A stretch of DNA of 64,000 nucleotides, taken from positions 3,629,078 to 3,693,077 of the forward strand of contig BFEA01000007.1 of the NCBI GenBank assembly GCA_003427395.1, read 5' to 3'. The notes beneath the pieces are model-generated. The model had not been told where the DNA came from. It searched no databases and saw only the letters and a program-made list of their open reading frames with translations. Positions 12,678-25,402 of the stretch are shown here, one piece after another. Position 1 is the first letter of the stretch. Every line of letters starts with the position of its first letter. Position numbers and translations under genes: made by a program. This stretch comes from Chara braunii (taxonomy: Eukaryota > Plantae > Charophyceae).

Positions 12678-13037
12678 ATATCGAGTAGTCTCTTGGAATT
12701 TGCAAGGCTTTGGGGATACGACGGGTAGGGATAAGCGAATGAGGGTTAAGTTCTGGCTTCATGACAAGAAAGTCTCTATTGCGTGCCTACAGGAGACGAA
12801 ACTCGGTCTGGAGAAGATTCAGGTATTAGGCAGATGGTGAGATGGACCGCAGATTTGGTCTGCAGCCAAAGGCACGAAAGGCTGTGTTGGGATCTTGGTA
12901 CATAGGGGCACCTTGGCCCAGACATTGTAGATTACTTCGCTGATCTGTGGGGCCGTTGGGCCTGGGTGTTGTTCAAACAGAGAGATCTCGTGTGGGTTGT
13001 AGTCTCGGTATACGCACCAGTAAACAGGAGTGAGCGA
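12670..13037 (+). pseudogene. LINE-B ORF2, N-terminal APE part before the insertion
   Basis: MVRYRVVSWNLQG..CLQETK..SVYAPVNRSER, continuing at 20413 as VTFFDEL..GGDLN. Confidence 0.9.
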
Positions 13038-14799
13038 TATCCAGCGCATCAGTCCGGCACCGCACAAGGCAGCGCGGGACCCTTCCGGCCGCGTCACGCA
13101 GGAGTTGGCCTAAATCCTCGTCGTGAATATACATGGAGCTTCCGCAAGCCGCTCCGACCGAGTGCGCCAGCCATACCTCCCGCGAGCCACTACGACAGGA
13201 TAGGACCTACGCGAGGCACGACTTACCTCCACCTTATGGGAGTTGTCACCTCCCTTCGGTGGGCGTATCCCCGCCGAGCTACCAATCCACAGTACGAAAG
13301 TTGATCAGTTGCAATCGCAGAGGTGGACCAGCCGAGGGCGTTTCTCATTCGCTGTAGCATAGGGTGTACGCGTGATTTTACGCCTGCATCAGACCCGCAC
13401 GCGAACCGACATCTTGGGGGGCTGAGGTCCCACGCGCGACTCGCCGTCGGTCGACTAGGACGCATCTCACTCACCACACATACATCATACTACGAACACA
13501 AAAATAAAACACACACACACACACATCAAACAATGAGGCAACACTCCTAGTCCCTTCAGTAGCCATCCCATAACCTTCTAACGCGGAAATCGGATGGGCG
13601 ACGTGCACAAGACTTAGTATAAAACCGCGCGAAGGCAGGACCTACTCATATCGACTCGCAATGCAAGCGTACGCAAGCGGTCACAATGATGGCGTACTAT
13701 GTAGTGCCCATACTCATGCGATCCTCTTTAATCTCGAGGGTCGCGTTCGACACTCAAGTGTCGGCTCACACTCGCCTTGAGGGATTGATCTCTCAACGCT
13801 GGACAACCGCCAAGTGCAGTTGAGAACCACACCCTCTCCTGCGCCCTGCGGAAAGTGGGTGGTACACAGGTTCATACCTGTGGTAGCAACTGTCTCTTAT
13901 GGCCCTGGAGACCAACTCCATCATCTAGGGCCTGGAAATAAGTCAAGGGGTTTGACTTTGATGGCTGCCACGGACTACAACGTCCAACCATAGAAACTTC
14001 TAAAAACCAAAGGCTAAAAGGGAAAGTTCCATTTTCTCTCAAAAACATAATTTATTTAACATTTACGTGTGGTCACTGTATGGCACACGAAACACTGAAG
14101 ACACATATATTTACATATATAGAGAGGGTTATTTATATAGGACGATCACTTCTAGTAGTCAAAGTGAGACTTCTCTCAGGCATATATATGTATATGATCG
14201 CAGGCAGTCAAATCCAAAGTTCGAACCACCCGAACATACCTGCAATCACATCGAAGAGTCAACCAAAAGTCCATGCACTACGCGGGGTCAACTTCAACCA
14301 CTCCCTGCACTCATATCCCTTGTTTTAACCATGCAGACCTCACTCTTGTGCAACTCTTCAAAATAAAATAGTCAGTATTTTTCTTTAAATGATCATTCAT
14401 AATAAAGTCCGGGCAAAAACACAACAAAACAGTTCAAATCACAAGGCTAAAGCCTTTAGGTTGAGTGACAGGAGTGGATTGGAGTTGAGTCGTAAACCGA
14501 CGAATCGGCAACCGACCTGTTATCAATGATAATAGAAGATGATCTTCGTAGGATCGAACTGAATCTAGCTCAAGTCCTGAATCAATCGATTAAGAAGATC
14601 TGAAACACAAGACAAGTCAATCCTCAAGCTGAAATCATAAGTGTATGGAGAATACAGCTTCATTACACATTCTCACCCAAGATCCTTCTTCAAGCTAAGC
14701 CTAGACATGTCTCAAAGCCAGTGTCCAACGCAAGCCAGACCTATGGCAACATTTTTCCTATTTAGGGTGGATCGTCAAAATCGCCACCTGTCAAAATAT

Positions 14800-15130
14800 A
14801 ATCTAACTCCTCTAAACTAAGAAAATTTCGGCAGCGCTTCCCGTAAGAAAAGTGTCTTTCCAAAATTTATATCAGCCTAAATATGAAGACAGAAATAGTC
14901 TTCAACTTTCCAAAGTGCAATTTTTGTCTAACTCCTCGAATTAGCAAAAATTTGGGCAACACTCTCTTTAGAAAATGAGACTTTCCATATTTTTACTAAG
15001 TCATATATAAAATTTAGACAAGTTGAACTTTGAAAAGTCAAATTTTGACTAACTCATTGGATTTGCATAAATTTCGGCAGCGCTTCCCGTAAAGAAAGTG
15101 ACTTACCAAGATTTATATAAACCCAAGTAT
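14800..15130. repeat. Degenerate ~123-bp tandem repeat x3
   Basis: CTAACTC...AAATTT(C/G)GGCA(G/A)C units start at ~14803, ~14928, ~15049. Confidence 0.75.
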
Positions 15131-15409
15131 AATAATTGATCCAAAAAAATGCAGAAATCGACCTAAGTAAAAAACTTGGCTCAGAAAATGCAGGAATTTG
15201 AACGAACTCTTATCGCTCTAGCACGTGACGAGTCTCTAAAGCAACTATCTGTTAAACTGAAACTCAGACTAAGTAGCGATGTCACTCAACCACATGCAAG
15301 GTCAAACCACAAAGGTAAGTACTCTCACCAACCCAAATCACCTTTGGCAAACAAATAGTTCATAGTATTTCAATGATTTATCCTTTTATACCCAGCTTAC
15401 ATAGGGCAT

Positions 15410-16233
15410 CGAGTTGGGTCATTCATCTTAGAAACAATGTCAACTTTTGACCTTAGTTATACACGAACAGGTTGCGCAACTACTTTTTTTTCCATTTGGC
15501 ATATGATTAAGCCATTCGTCTTAGAAACAATGCTTAGTCGCTCTGATCTTGTTTAAATAGGCAAGTTGTGACGATATATATGAAATTAATATTCAAAAAT
15601 GAGCGAAGGGCTGGACCATTCATCTTAGAAACAATGCTCAGCCGGCCCAAGTTACCTTCAGTTATAGCTCTTAGTTATACTCTCTTAATTTGTGATAAGG
15701 CTATAGTCAGACCATTCGTGTTAGAAACAATGTCTGGCTAACCTTGTTCTTATAAACATATAGATATAAAAATATAGAAAACCTTATTCCCTTGTTCAAA
15801 TTATAATCTTGAGGCCTTGAACTTAGACCATTCATCTTAGAAACAATATCCAGTCTTTGGCATGAATCTCCCTCAGAATAAAACAACCAAAAGAGTTGAG
15901 TCATTCGTCTTAGAAACAATGTTCGACCCTCTTTTCTCAGTCAAAAAAAAAAAACAGAGTACCCTTGGTCAAGACCCAGAGACTGTTCAAAAACCACCCA
16001 AAAATAAACAGCGACCAGATCATTCATCTTAGAAACAATGTCTGATCCTCAAAGTTTGCACAGTCAATACCCCAAAGAAACAACAACCAGACCATTTATC
16101 TTAGAAACTATATATGGCTGAATAAAATAAACATAGCGACCAAGCCACTCATCTTAGAAACAATGTTTGGCCCTTCTGAAAACAGAACAAAACACAACAG
16201 TCAGGTCATTCATCTTAGAAACAATGCCCGACC
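15410..16233. repeat. Array of ten conserved 20-bp hairpin cores separated by unique spacers (CRISPR-like layout, not CRISPR)
   Basis: CATTCRTCTTAGAAACAATG at 15420, 15513, 15617, 15713, 15829, 15902, 16021, 16093, 16146, 16207; distances between cores 33-99 bp; each core flanked by a copy-specific inverted repeat. Confidence 0.92.
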
Positions 16234-17988
16234 CTATAAGACTCATTCAAGCACAAGCAAAACTGCCTTCCTCCCAACCTTCCCCCTGATGTAACCCCTT
16301 TTTGTAATATGCTTTCATACAATCAATAAAAACTGAAACTGAAGTTGCGCATGCATTTTTTTACTTAGTCTGGGTTATGTCCTGAAAGTCAAACCCAAAG
16401 TCAACAGAGGATGCATGTAGTATACTCAGTCAAACGTAGTAAGAAATACAGATAGGGGTCATAACGGGGTTTACAAGGGAAATCAATGATTACCTTTCAA
16501 TTCCCTACCTCCAGAACTCCTCCTGAGTTTCGGCAGAGCTCCCGCAATTGGTGGGGCGAGCCTCCCACATAGGCTTTGGCATGGATTACGGGTTGCAATC
16601 CCGCCTGCCGCCTTCCTCTCAGAACCAATAGACCAGACTTAGAGTCAGAAGGGCAGAGGTAGAATGATTCAGTCTCTCAGATCCAAGGAAGTTCCACTCA
16701 GACTTGCGTCAAAGGGCCTTCAAATCTTCTACGCCTGAGGGCCCCGCAAAGGTGACCAAAACCGACAGTCTGGTCAACGTCGTCAAACTGCCGAAGTGGC
16801 CCCTCCTGACGAACTTCCAAATCACAACAATAACCTTTCTCCCCAAGCCTAAGCCACTCCTCCAAGTCGTCGCAGCGGCCTCCTTCATCGAGGCACGATA
16901 GTCCCTACGGTCGATGTAGCCAGCGGCAGCCAGCAATAACCAGTAGCAATTAGCAACTGCTACCAGTAACCCAGAAAACTCAGCTTCACCGGTTATCAAG
17001 AAAGAAAACACAGTCCTCCCCAATGCCAGGTACCTCCCCCAGGTCAAAGCGTGGCTGCAGTCCACAACAACCGCACCCCCAGTCCACAACAACTGCAACC
17101 CAAAGTCTGAGTCTGCCCCTGCTCACGCCCGACTCTCCTTCTACTGCCCTGATGACTGGGAAGAGTTGCGCCGCAGCCCGCAGGTAAGTATTCAGCCTTA
17201 CTGCTATCTCCCGCTGCTACTCTTGTTCAATCAGGACAGGCTGCGAACCAGCTAATCGGTAGGCATACAACGCATAACTCTCTTCCCCAGTGCTCCGTTG
17301 ACTGGGACGAACAGCGCAACAGTCCGTAGTAGGCTCAACAACCGCTGTTGTGGCTCAGTAGCCGAGGCAGACTGCGGAGCCCACCACAAAAGCGCAGCAA
17401 GGAATGTTGTGGCTTCTCAGCCCGTCCTTCCCTCCCCGTGATAGCCGCTGCGGTGCGGCCCAGCACCAGCAGCAAGGCTTCAACACGAAAAAGCGCGGCA
17501 GCCAGAAGCGCAGCACCCCTGCCACCCAACAATCCCAACCTTCAGTCACAGCAAGGAGCACAACACCTTTTCGATCCGGCAGGTGAGTTCACTTTCCCTC
17601 AGTCTTTCTGCCTCGCATGTCCCGTTTACTGTTTCCGCTTACCAAAAAAAATGACCGTTGCAGAGGTTGCCTCTCCAGACTTCAGTTCAGGGAACTACAA
17701 GGCCCCCGGACCTTCTTCCAGGGAACCTACACACGGCCCACTCGGAGCTTTCGTAGGTCCTCGTCAGTACACATTCTAGTACTGCATCTTCGACTTTCGG
17801 TTCATGCCGCATCACCGACCCTCCGCCAGTTACGAGGTAAGTTTCCATTAGCTTTCCCCACCTCCCTCGAGCTCATGGTCTCACACACAACCCATTTTTT
17901 CCATAACTACTAACCCACTGCCTCATCACTAAATACTAACGTTATCAATCAACTCGCTCACTATAAAAATGTTGGACTATCATTTTCC

Positions 17989-18552
17989 TTCACTCGATTT
18001 CAACAAGAATCGAGTGAAATCTCGGTTCTTTTTCTTTTATCGCCCCTTCTTCCTTCATATCCCACGCACTAACTTTCTCTACTAACTCCTGTTTCACTAA
18101 TCTTCTCCTAATCCTATCCTCGAAATCCGGGTCGCCAGCCCCCAAAACCTCTGATTTCAATCCTCCCTCGTCCGATCCTGCCCGGAAACGAGGGAGATAT
18201 ACATCTTCCACCTCCTTTCCTCCTCACTCCTCGTCATCTCTGCGCGACCGTTTTCTTACTAACTCCTAGCTCACATATCTAGAGCTAAAGCTAACATTAC
18301 CATTCAATTTGCTCGACTTAGAAACCTCGGATTTGACTCCTCCCTTCCCCAAATCTATCCATTATCGAGGGAGATACGCCCCTTCCCTTCTTCTTCTTTT
18401 CGCCTTCCACCATACCTCCGCGCACAGCTTTTTCTTTCTATCACCTATCTTACTAACCTTTCGTCGAAACTGACCTTACCATCGGCTTCGTCCGGGGCCA
18501 AAACCCCGGGATCGCCCCTTCCCTCTCTCGATTTCGTCAAGGATCGAGAGAG
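17989..18552. repeat. Four hairpins spaced ~174-183 bp apart
   Basis: TTCACTCGATT/AATCGAGTGAA (17989-18018), CTCCCTCG/CGAGGGAG (18163-18196), CTCCCTT/GAGGGAG (18340-18373), CTCTCTCGAT/ATCGAGAGAG (18523-18552). Confidence 0.7.
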
Positions 18553-19120
18553 TTATGCCTTTCTCGTTGTGATACTCTCCGCCATCTCCCACTTTGTTCC
18601 CGCATGAACCTGGCAAGGCCCTACGTCCGGGTTCTCTTCCCCTTTTTCTATTTCCCCCCGCTTCCTACTTGTCCCGCTCCCCTTTCCACTTGGCTCCTCG
18701 CTGTTTTCCTCGACCCAAAAGCGCACAAGTGCGGCCTGCCGATGACCCCATCCGTTTCCCCTTTGGCCGGTAAGTAGCCGACGCGGTCACTCCGCCGTTC
18801 GACGCCCACACCCCCCAAACTTCTCCTTACCGCTAGGCCTTCGAACCACTTGCCCCCCCTCTTCCACATGTAGTACCCGGTGCAGTTTCTCGCCCGGGTT
18901 CACTCACCCCGTCATTGCCTCTTCCTGGTCTGCCCTTTGGTCAGCCTCGGTCAGGCGGGATCGGCCACTACCTTGGGCCATTAGCGGCCGCCCGTACATG
19001 GACAAAGATCATGGAATCGAGAGTGAGGGCCTACTGCAGGCCCGAGACACGGCTCCATGCGGAGCAGTCCCGATGCAGATCTTTTAGTGGTAGTAGCAAA
19101 TATTCAAATGAGAACTTTGA

Positions 19121-19154
<34 letters not shown>

Positions 19155-20412
19155 NNNNNNNNNNNNNNNNNNNNNNNNNNNNNNNNNNNNNNNNNNNNNN
19201 NNNNNNNNNNNNNNNNNNNNNNNNNNNNNNNNNNNNNNNNNNNNNNNNNNNNNNNNCCCCCCCCCCCCCCCCCCCCCGAGGAGGGTTCTGGGCAAAACAA
19301 AGCCACACCGTGACCCCGCCCTGGCTCTTCGGCCGCTACCCATGTATAGTTCAACACCAACGGGACCTGGCGGGTAGGCTCAACTCAAACCTCTCACAAC
19401 AGACGTCGGGGGCGGATTATACCACTGCCACAGCCCGTACCACCATCTGGTCGCGACCCCACAGGCCCACTCGGAGTGCTCTCCAAATTCCCTCGGCTCT
19501 CCAAGTGAGAAGTGAGGGAAGCCACGACCACTAACTCCACCATCCTTACGCACGTCGACCTCTTTGGTCCGTGTTTCAAGACGGACAAGGTCGAGGAAAT
19601 TTCGTCGGCACTTCGAGTACCCCTGAATCCACAGGTCAACCAAAAGAGACGTGCACTCGAGGTCCTCGACTGCCGTGACGGCCACCCGTGGCCGGTGTCA
19701 CGTCCGACTTACAAAAAGTCAAAACAGTTGAATAATAATGACATCAAACAATAATAATTAATGTTTTAGAAGTTTTTAATCGTTAAAATATGACGACGAG
19801 AAAAAAAGGAACCACTAGCGCGTCTCGATGCTGCTGACGGTAAAACCAAGGGAGGTAGCCGCGTCGGGCCCTCAACCCTTCGGTGTCCTACGTGCTATTC
19901 TGATCCCCTCACGTTGTCGCCGCTCGATCTCGATCCCTGAATCCTTTTGACGAAAGTCTGACGCTGTAACCAATAGTGCCCTGCGCAAGGCCGAGTCTAG
20001 TTTTGACGGACGCCTAAATAACTCGATACTGCGCGACGTGCAGACTTACCGAAACATTCCTAGTGCCACCTTGTCGTCGATGCCGTCCTCCGTACGTAAG
20101 CACAAGTCACAGGCAAGCGCACCAATAAAAAAAACTATTTTTAATCCTAGTTTAATCAGAGAGAAAATCTAAGCCGGCGACCAACGCCGGTTTTCACAAT
20201 CATCAATCAAAGGTAAAAAGATCACGCGCGCCTCAAACCCTGCGCGCCCACACACTCTCTACTCTGGTCAACCATCTAGTCACGGAAAATCACAAACGCA
20301 GGCGTGCCTCACGCGAAATACTTAATATTTTAAACCAAACCTATTTTTTTCGTTGTTTGCAAAAAAAAACAGGGCGGATACCCTTGTAAGGGTATTCGCA
20401 CACCGACAGCGA

Positions 20413-23400
20413 GTGACCTTCTTTGATGAACTAAGATTAGTCTTACCAGATGCGGATCACATAGTGTTAGGGGGGGACTTGAACACCTCCCTAGACACTA
20501 ACCAGTACCATTCCGGGTGTCCGAAAGACTCTCTGGCATAAATCGATCTTATGGCAGACCTGAAGCTGCAGACTCATACCGCTATTTAAACCCGACTGAG
20601 CAGGGTTTCACGTGGTTCTCTCATCGCGGGCAGGGTAGAAGGCTAGACTACCTCCTGACGGTCAGGAAACTTAAAGAGGGACTGGTCAGTGTGGCGGCAA
20701 TTAATAGTCCGATCTCAGACCATAAGTCTGTGCTGGGAGTATTCAATCTGGGTCAGGACAACGCTCGAGGCCGTGGCTACTTCAAGCTGAACACAACGAA
20801 CTTGAGAGTGAAAGGGATGAACGAGTAGACCTGGGAGTTTTGGAAGAGGTGGGAGAAGCAGAAGGAGAACTTCCCGACCTTGGCGGAATGGTGGGAAGGG
20901 GGAACCAATACTATATCTAACTTTCTGAACTGTTTCTCCAAGATTTTGGCTCTGCAAAGGAATAAGGAAGAAAAAAAATGCTGAAAGAGAATCCTAGACG
21001 CTGAAGAGAAAATGAAACAACATCTCACCTCAGAACTGGTTTGGGGAAAAGAAAGGGCTCGCAGGATGGCAGAATGGGACGCGCTGCAGCAGAAGAAGTC
21101 AGACGAATGGACAAAGCGGTTGAAAGTTAAAGGTCTCGTGGTGTACGACAGAATGACACGAGAGACCTTTCAAAGATTGGCCCCGTCCAGATCCGGCCCA
21201 ACCATGAAAGAACTGAGACATCCGTTCGAAGAGGAAGAACCAACACCAGTAGCCCCGACCGATCTCTGCAGATATGTGGTGCTCTACTACCGGGACATCC
21301 TGACCTCTAGAAGGGTCGAGGAGGGACCAGACGCAGACCTCTTAGTAAACTCATCTCACTGGGATAACACGAAAGTCAGACTAAGCACGCAAGGCCGGTT
21401 AGACCTGGATCGCCAAATCACAGTGGAGGCGGTTGAAGAGGCCTTGAAGGTGATGGCCAACGGCAAGATACCAGAAAACGACGGGTTGCTGACGGAGTTC
21501 TACAGACAAGACTGGCGGGTGCTGGGAGAAGACCTAGTCGCGGTGTACAACGAGATTCAACTAGGAGGGAGACTACCAGTCAGTGCCTGCAAAGGTATAA
21601 TCTCACTGTTATTCAAGAAGGGAGATACGAACGAGATCCGGAACTGGAGACCTATCTCGTTGCTAAATGTCTCATACAAAATCCTAGCTAACGTGCTAGC
21701 TAGGAGACTAGGTAGATATTTCCCACTGTTGGTAGCAACTGATCAAGCAGTCTTTGTGAAGGGGAGATTGATTTATGAGAATATAGTGACCGCGATAGAG
21801 ATTCTGAAGGTAGTGGATCAGGAAGACTTGGACTTTGCCATCCTTCTCCTGGACATGGAGAAGGCATATGACCGGGTGAATTGGTCATATGCGATAACCA
21901 CTCTGAGATGGATGGGGTTTGGCGAGAACTTTTGCACCTGGGTGATTGCTTTGTACTCCCTCTCAACTGCCTTAGTCATGGTTAACGGTCATATCTATGC
22001 AAAGTTCAAGATCTCACGTTCCCTCCGCCAGGGATGCCCGCTGGCGCCGCTTCTGTTCGTGGTCCACCTGGAAGCCCCGCTAAACAACATATGGGCGCAC
22101 GAGAGTATAGTTGGATTATAGTTGGGCCAACAGGTCTGCAAGGTGAAGGCCTTATCAGATGATCTTTTCGTGGTCACCAAAAACACAGCTGAGTCGATGA
22201 CAGCTCTGCGAAAGTGCCTTAGTCAGTATGAGCTCCTCTCCGAAGCAGCTATTAACTGGTCAAAGTCTTTATTTTTTCTTCCGGAAGGCTCCCCACCTGC
22301 TGCAGAATGGGGAATGAGGAGGATTCAACAAGACGAGTCGAAAAGATTTTTGGGAGTCCAGGTGGGACTGAAATCGTGCATCATGCGACAAAAGGCGATT
22401 TTTCAAAGCAAGGTTCTTCAGAGAATGAACACTTGGGGCATGGCCCCCCATTTGTCACTGTTAGGAAGAGCATTGGTGATCAATGTAGCGCTATTTGCTC
22501 TACTCACCTTCGTTGGTAACATCAGACCGCTAGGGAGAAAAACACTAACGGTGGTGAAACGGAAGGCAACGAGGTTTGTCTGGAAACCTTACGCAGAAGA
22601 AGGTTCCAACGTGATGTCGAAGGTAGCGTGGGACCTCATCTGCGAGCCCAGAATGGAAGGCAGATTGGGGTTGGCGGACCCAGGGAGAAGGAATACAGCG
22701 ATGTTGGCACAGTGGGTGGTCCGCGCTATTTGCTCAGATAAAAACCCGCACTGGTTACTTCTGGGGGAACGTATCCTGAGTAGGGAATGGAATCTCAAAC
22801 GTCCTGCAGACGTTTGAATTTGCATCTGGATTAATTGTTATCTTAGGAAAATAATCAACTCAAAATTCTGGCAGGCCGTTCTAAGGGCATGGAGAAAGGT
22901 TAAACCGGAGGGTTGTTGCCCACCAAGGACAAAGGAAGATGTTTTGTCTCAAATCATCTTCGAGGACCAGAAGATAAGGGATCGAAATGGCCAGATGTTA
23001 ATGGCGAACTCTGCATCAGGGAGCTTTGGGAAAGCCTGGATGGAGCATGGAATCTCCCGTCTGAGAGATCTGTGGAACGCCCTCACAGGGACCTGACATC
23101 AGGATGAGGAGCTCGAAGCGAAGCTGAAACCAACAAAATTCATAAAAGAAAGGAAAAGGCAAGTGCTCGAAGCGATTCCGGAGGAGTGGCTTCAAATCCT
23201 GGATCCGGCGGGGGTTAACCCAGTTGGGACATGGTATGAAACCACCCCAAACGCAGAAGGCAGAAATTTTTTGAAATTGGTGGAGTTGTCGGAGGTGGGT
23301 GGCAGGAAATTCGAACAGTGGTACTCTCAAGGAGAGGAGGGCACCCTGGTACAATATGAAGGCGAAGGTCGCTGGGTAACGATACCCAAAGGCCAGGTTC

Positions 23401-24265
23401 AGGAGATACGAGTGAGGGAATCCGTCGATGAAGGAGTGTGGACGGTCACGCCATGGAACCACGGTCAACCAATAGCAGAACAAAGGGGGACCCAAATGAG
23501 TGGGGTTGCGGAGGAAAGGGGCCTACGGGGGATACTCTCCCCCTGGACGGTTACTCCTTGAAACTTGCCTACGAAGTGCAGCAACCAGCGAAGACACCTC
23601 TCATGATGGCCACATAAAGGTGGCAACGGGTTTACCCAGAAGAGAAGTAGAGTGGATCAGCGGGGCACTAAAAAAATGCTGGGAGCAAATCGCAGAGGCG
23701 CCAAACGCCAGGGCAGCTTCGCTCCTCTAGCTGGAATCGCTGCTGGCAACCCCTTCAGTTGTTTCCCTGATAAGCCGTGACTGCAAGGTTGAGGCTCAGT
23801 GCAAAAGGTGCAGGTGGCCATTTGAGTCCACCACCCACATCTGGTGGGACTGCTCAGCGTCAAAACGAATCTGGGAATGGTGGGACAAGGAATGAAAGGT
23901 GTAGACTAGGGAGGGGCTAATCTGGGATAGGAAGTGGGTGCTCTTGGGAGGAATCCCTGAAGAGTTGCAGTTGGGGAAGGGATGGGGATATGTTGCTCAG
24001 GCTGTTCGGGCAGGTGAATTTTGGGTCATCTGGATGGAAAGGAAACAGAGCTCAGTTTGAGGGGAAGATCATGCCAGACTCAGAAATCAAGTCCACCTTC
24101 AAGATGGAAATCAGACGAATGATACAGGCAAACTAGAGAAGGAAGGTGGTTTCAAGTAGGGGGCGGGGAACAAGGTTGACATGGTTCAGAGAAACCTGGG
24201 CTCAGGGTGGGAGGCTGGTGACCATAGGAAGTGGCGATAAGCTACTCTTCTCATACTGGCTAGTT
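20413..24265 (+). pseudogene. LINE-B ORF2 remainder (APE C-terminus, RT, C-terminal region) with stops and frameshifts
   Basis: RRLDYLL, SDHKSV, NWRPISLLNVSYKIL, LLDMEKAYDRV, RQGCPLAPLLF, ALSDDL, KVAWDLIC. Confidence 0.93.
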
Positions 24266-24471
24266 AGCTAGACATACCAGGGCACTCGGTTGGCATCCGC
24301 AGTAGGAGGCAGAAGTGAGGGGGGTATTGAGAGTGTCCAGAAGTAAGTGGAACTGAGTTAGGTTCCAACCGCCGCCGTAGGCCGGTTGAGAGTAGATCTT
24401 TGGTAAAAGGAGCTCTTCATCGGTTTGCTTTACTGTTTGGGGCTTTCCTTTTTTACTTTTCCAGTTTCTCA

Positions 24472-24908
24472 GGGGCTCGTTCGACACTCCTTGGGGCGTC
24501 CTCGGAGCCCGAGGAAAAATTCCTTTTAGTCAAAAGGAAATTTGGGCCCTTCGTTCCACTTCCGATAACGTTTCCTCGGAGCGATGTCAAAAAAGAAAAA
24601 AGGAAAAAAAAAAACAAATGTGCTTAAGGCCTTCAGCCAATAGAGTGCCGCCACGATCCAGATTCTCGGTTGTAACGTCTCTCTACGCGTGTGTCCGCTC
24701 CTCTCCGTGAAACGCGTATTCCTTTTGCCCAAGGGACCTCGTGAGGTCCCTTGGGCAAAAGGGAGAAATGGTTGGGGAATCCTCGAAGCCCGAGGAATTT
24801 CCTTCGGAGTGTTTTCACTTTTTTTTTTCCCGACTGCAACCCCGAGGATAAGTGGAACGAACAATTCCTCGGGGACTTTACGCGCCCGAGGAGTGTCGAA
24901 CGAGCCCC
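24472..24908. mobile_element. Tourist (PIF/Harbinger)-like MITE, 437 bp, in the LINE-B 3' UTR
   Basis: TIR GGGGCTCGTTCGACACTCCT / AGGAGTGTCGAACGAGCCCC; 3-bp TSD TCA at 24469-24471 and 24909-24911. Confidence 0.88.
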
Positions 24909-25402
24909 TCATTCCGTTTCTCTCTACTTCTTCTTCGCATTAAAGTAGACATCGTAGGTTGGGTAGTAGATTGACAGGTAAGTTGGGGAGGGGTTCGTTG
25001 TGCGAAATAAGTCCACTTTGGGAAACAGGGTAGGGTTTTTTTTTTTTTTTTTTTTTTTTTTTTCCTGGAAACCTGCTCCTTTCTATTCGTGGGGAGCTGC
25101 ACGAGTTGGGAATCGGGCCCAACGTCCCTAATAATATTCGATAGAGGCCGGGGTCCTCACAGTCTACCCGGAGTCTGGGAGCATTACCCAGTTTCGCTTA
25201 CGGGTCGGAACCCGAGGGGACCAACCCCCTGGACAAGCAAACATAACATCAAAATCCCTCTACAGTTAAATACTCATACACGCCCCTAACACGGGGCGCT
25301 GGAACCAAGTTCCCAGCGGACCAATTGACGCTCCTAGCGAACCCCGCCATCCCCTTTCTACTGCCTTCCTACTGTGGAAATAGAACCGAGCGCCCAGGTA
25401 CG

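Larger units (their letters stand above)
13038..20408. mobile_element. ~7.4-kb apparently non-coding insertion with TATC...GACA ends (solo-LTR-like or non-autonomous element)
   Basis: Flanked by TSD GCGA (13034-13037 and 20409-20412; AGCGA if read as 5 bp). Excision restores AGG AGT GAG CGA GTG ACC TTC (RSERVTF). No recognisable gag, pol or transposase. N-gap at 19155-19256, so true length is uncertain. Confidence 0.8.

Noticed and set aside
15410-16233. Bona fide prokaryotic CRISPR array
   Set aside because: No cas genes, eukaryotic transposon context, spacer lengths vary three-fold, and repeat flanks covary rather than staying identical.
17145-17185. Hammerhead ribozyme (CTGATGA)
   Set aside because: No stem II followed by GAAA.
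16700-17913. Protein-coding gene in the 7.4-kb element (short ORFs, GTAAGT donor-like sites)
   Set aside because: No recognisable domain and no consistent exon chain could be assembled.
13038-20408. Helitron
   Set aside because: Has a TSD and lacks 5'-TC, 3'-CTRR and an A|T target.
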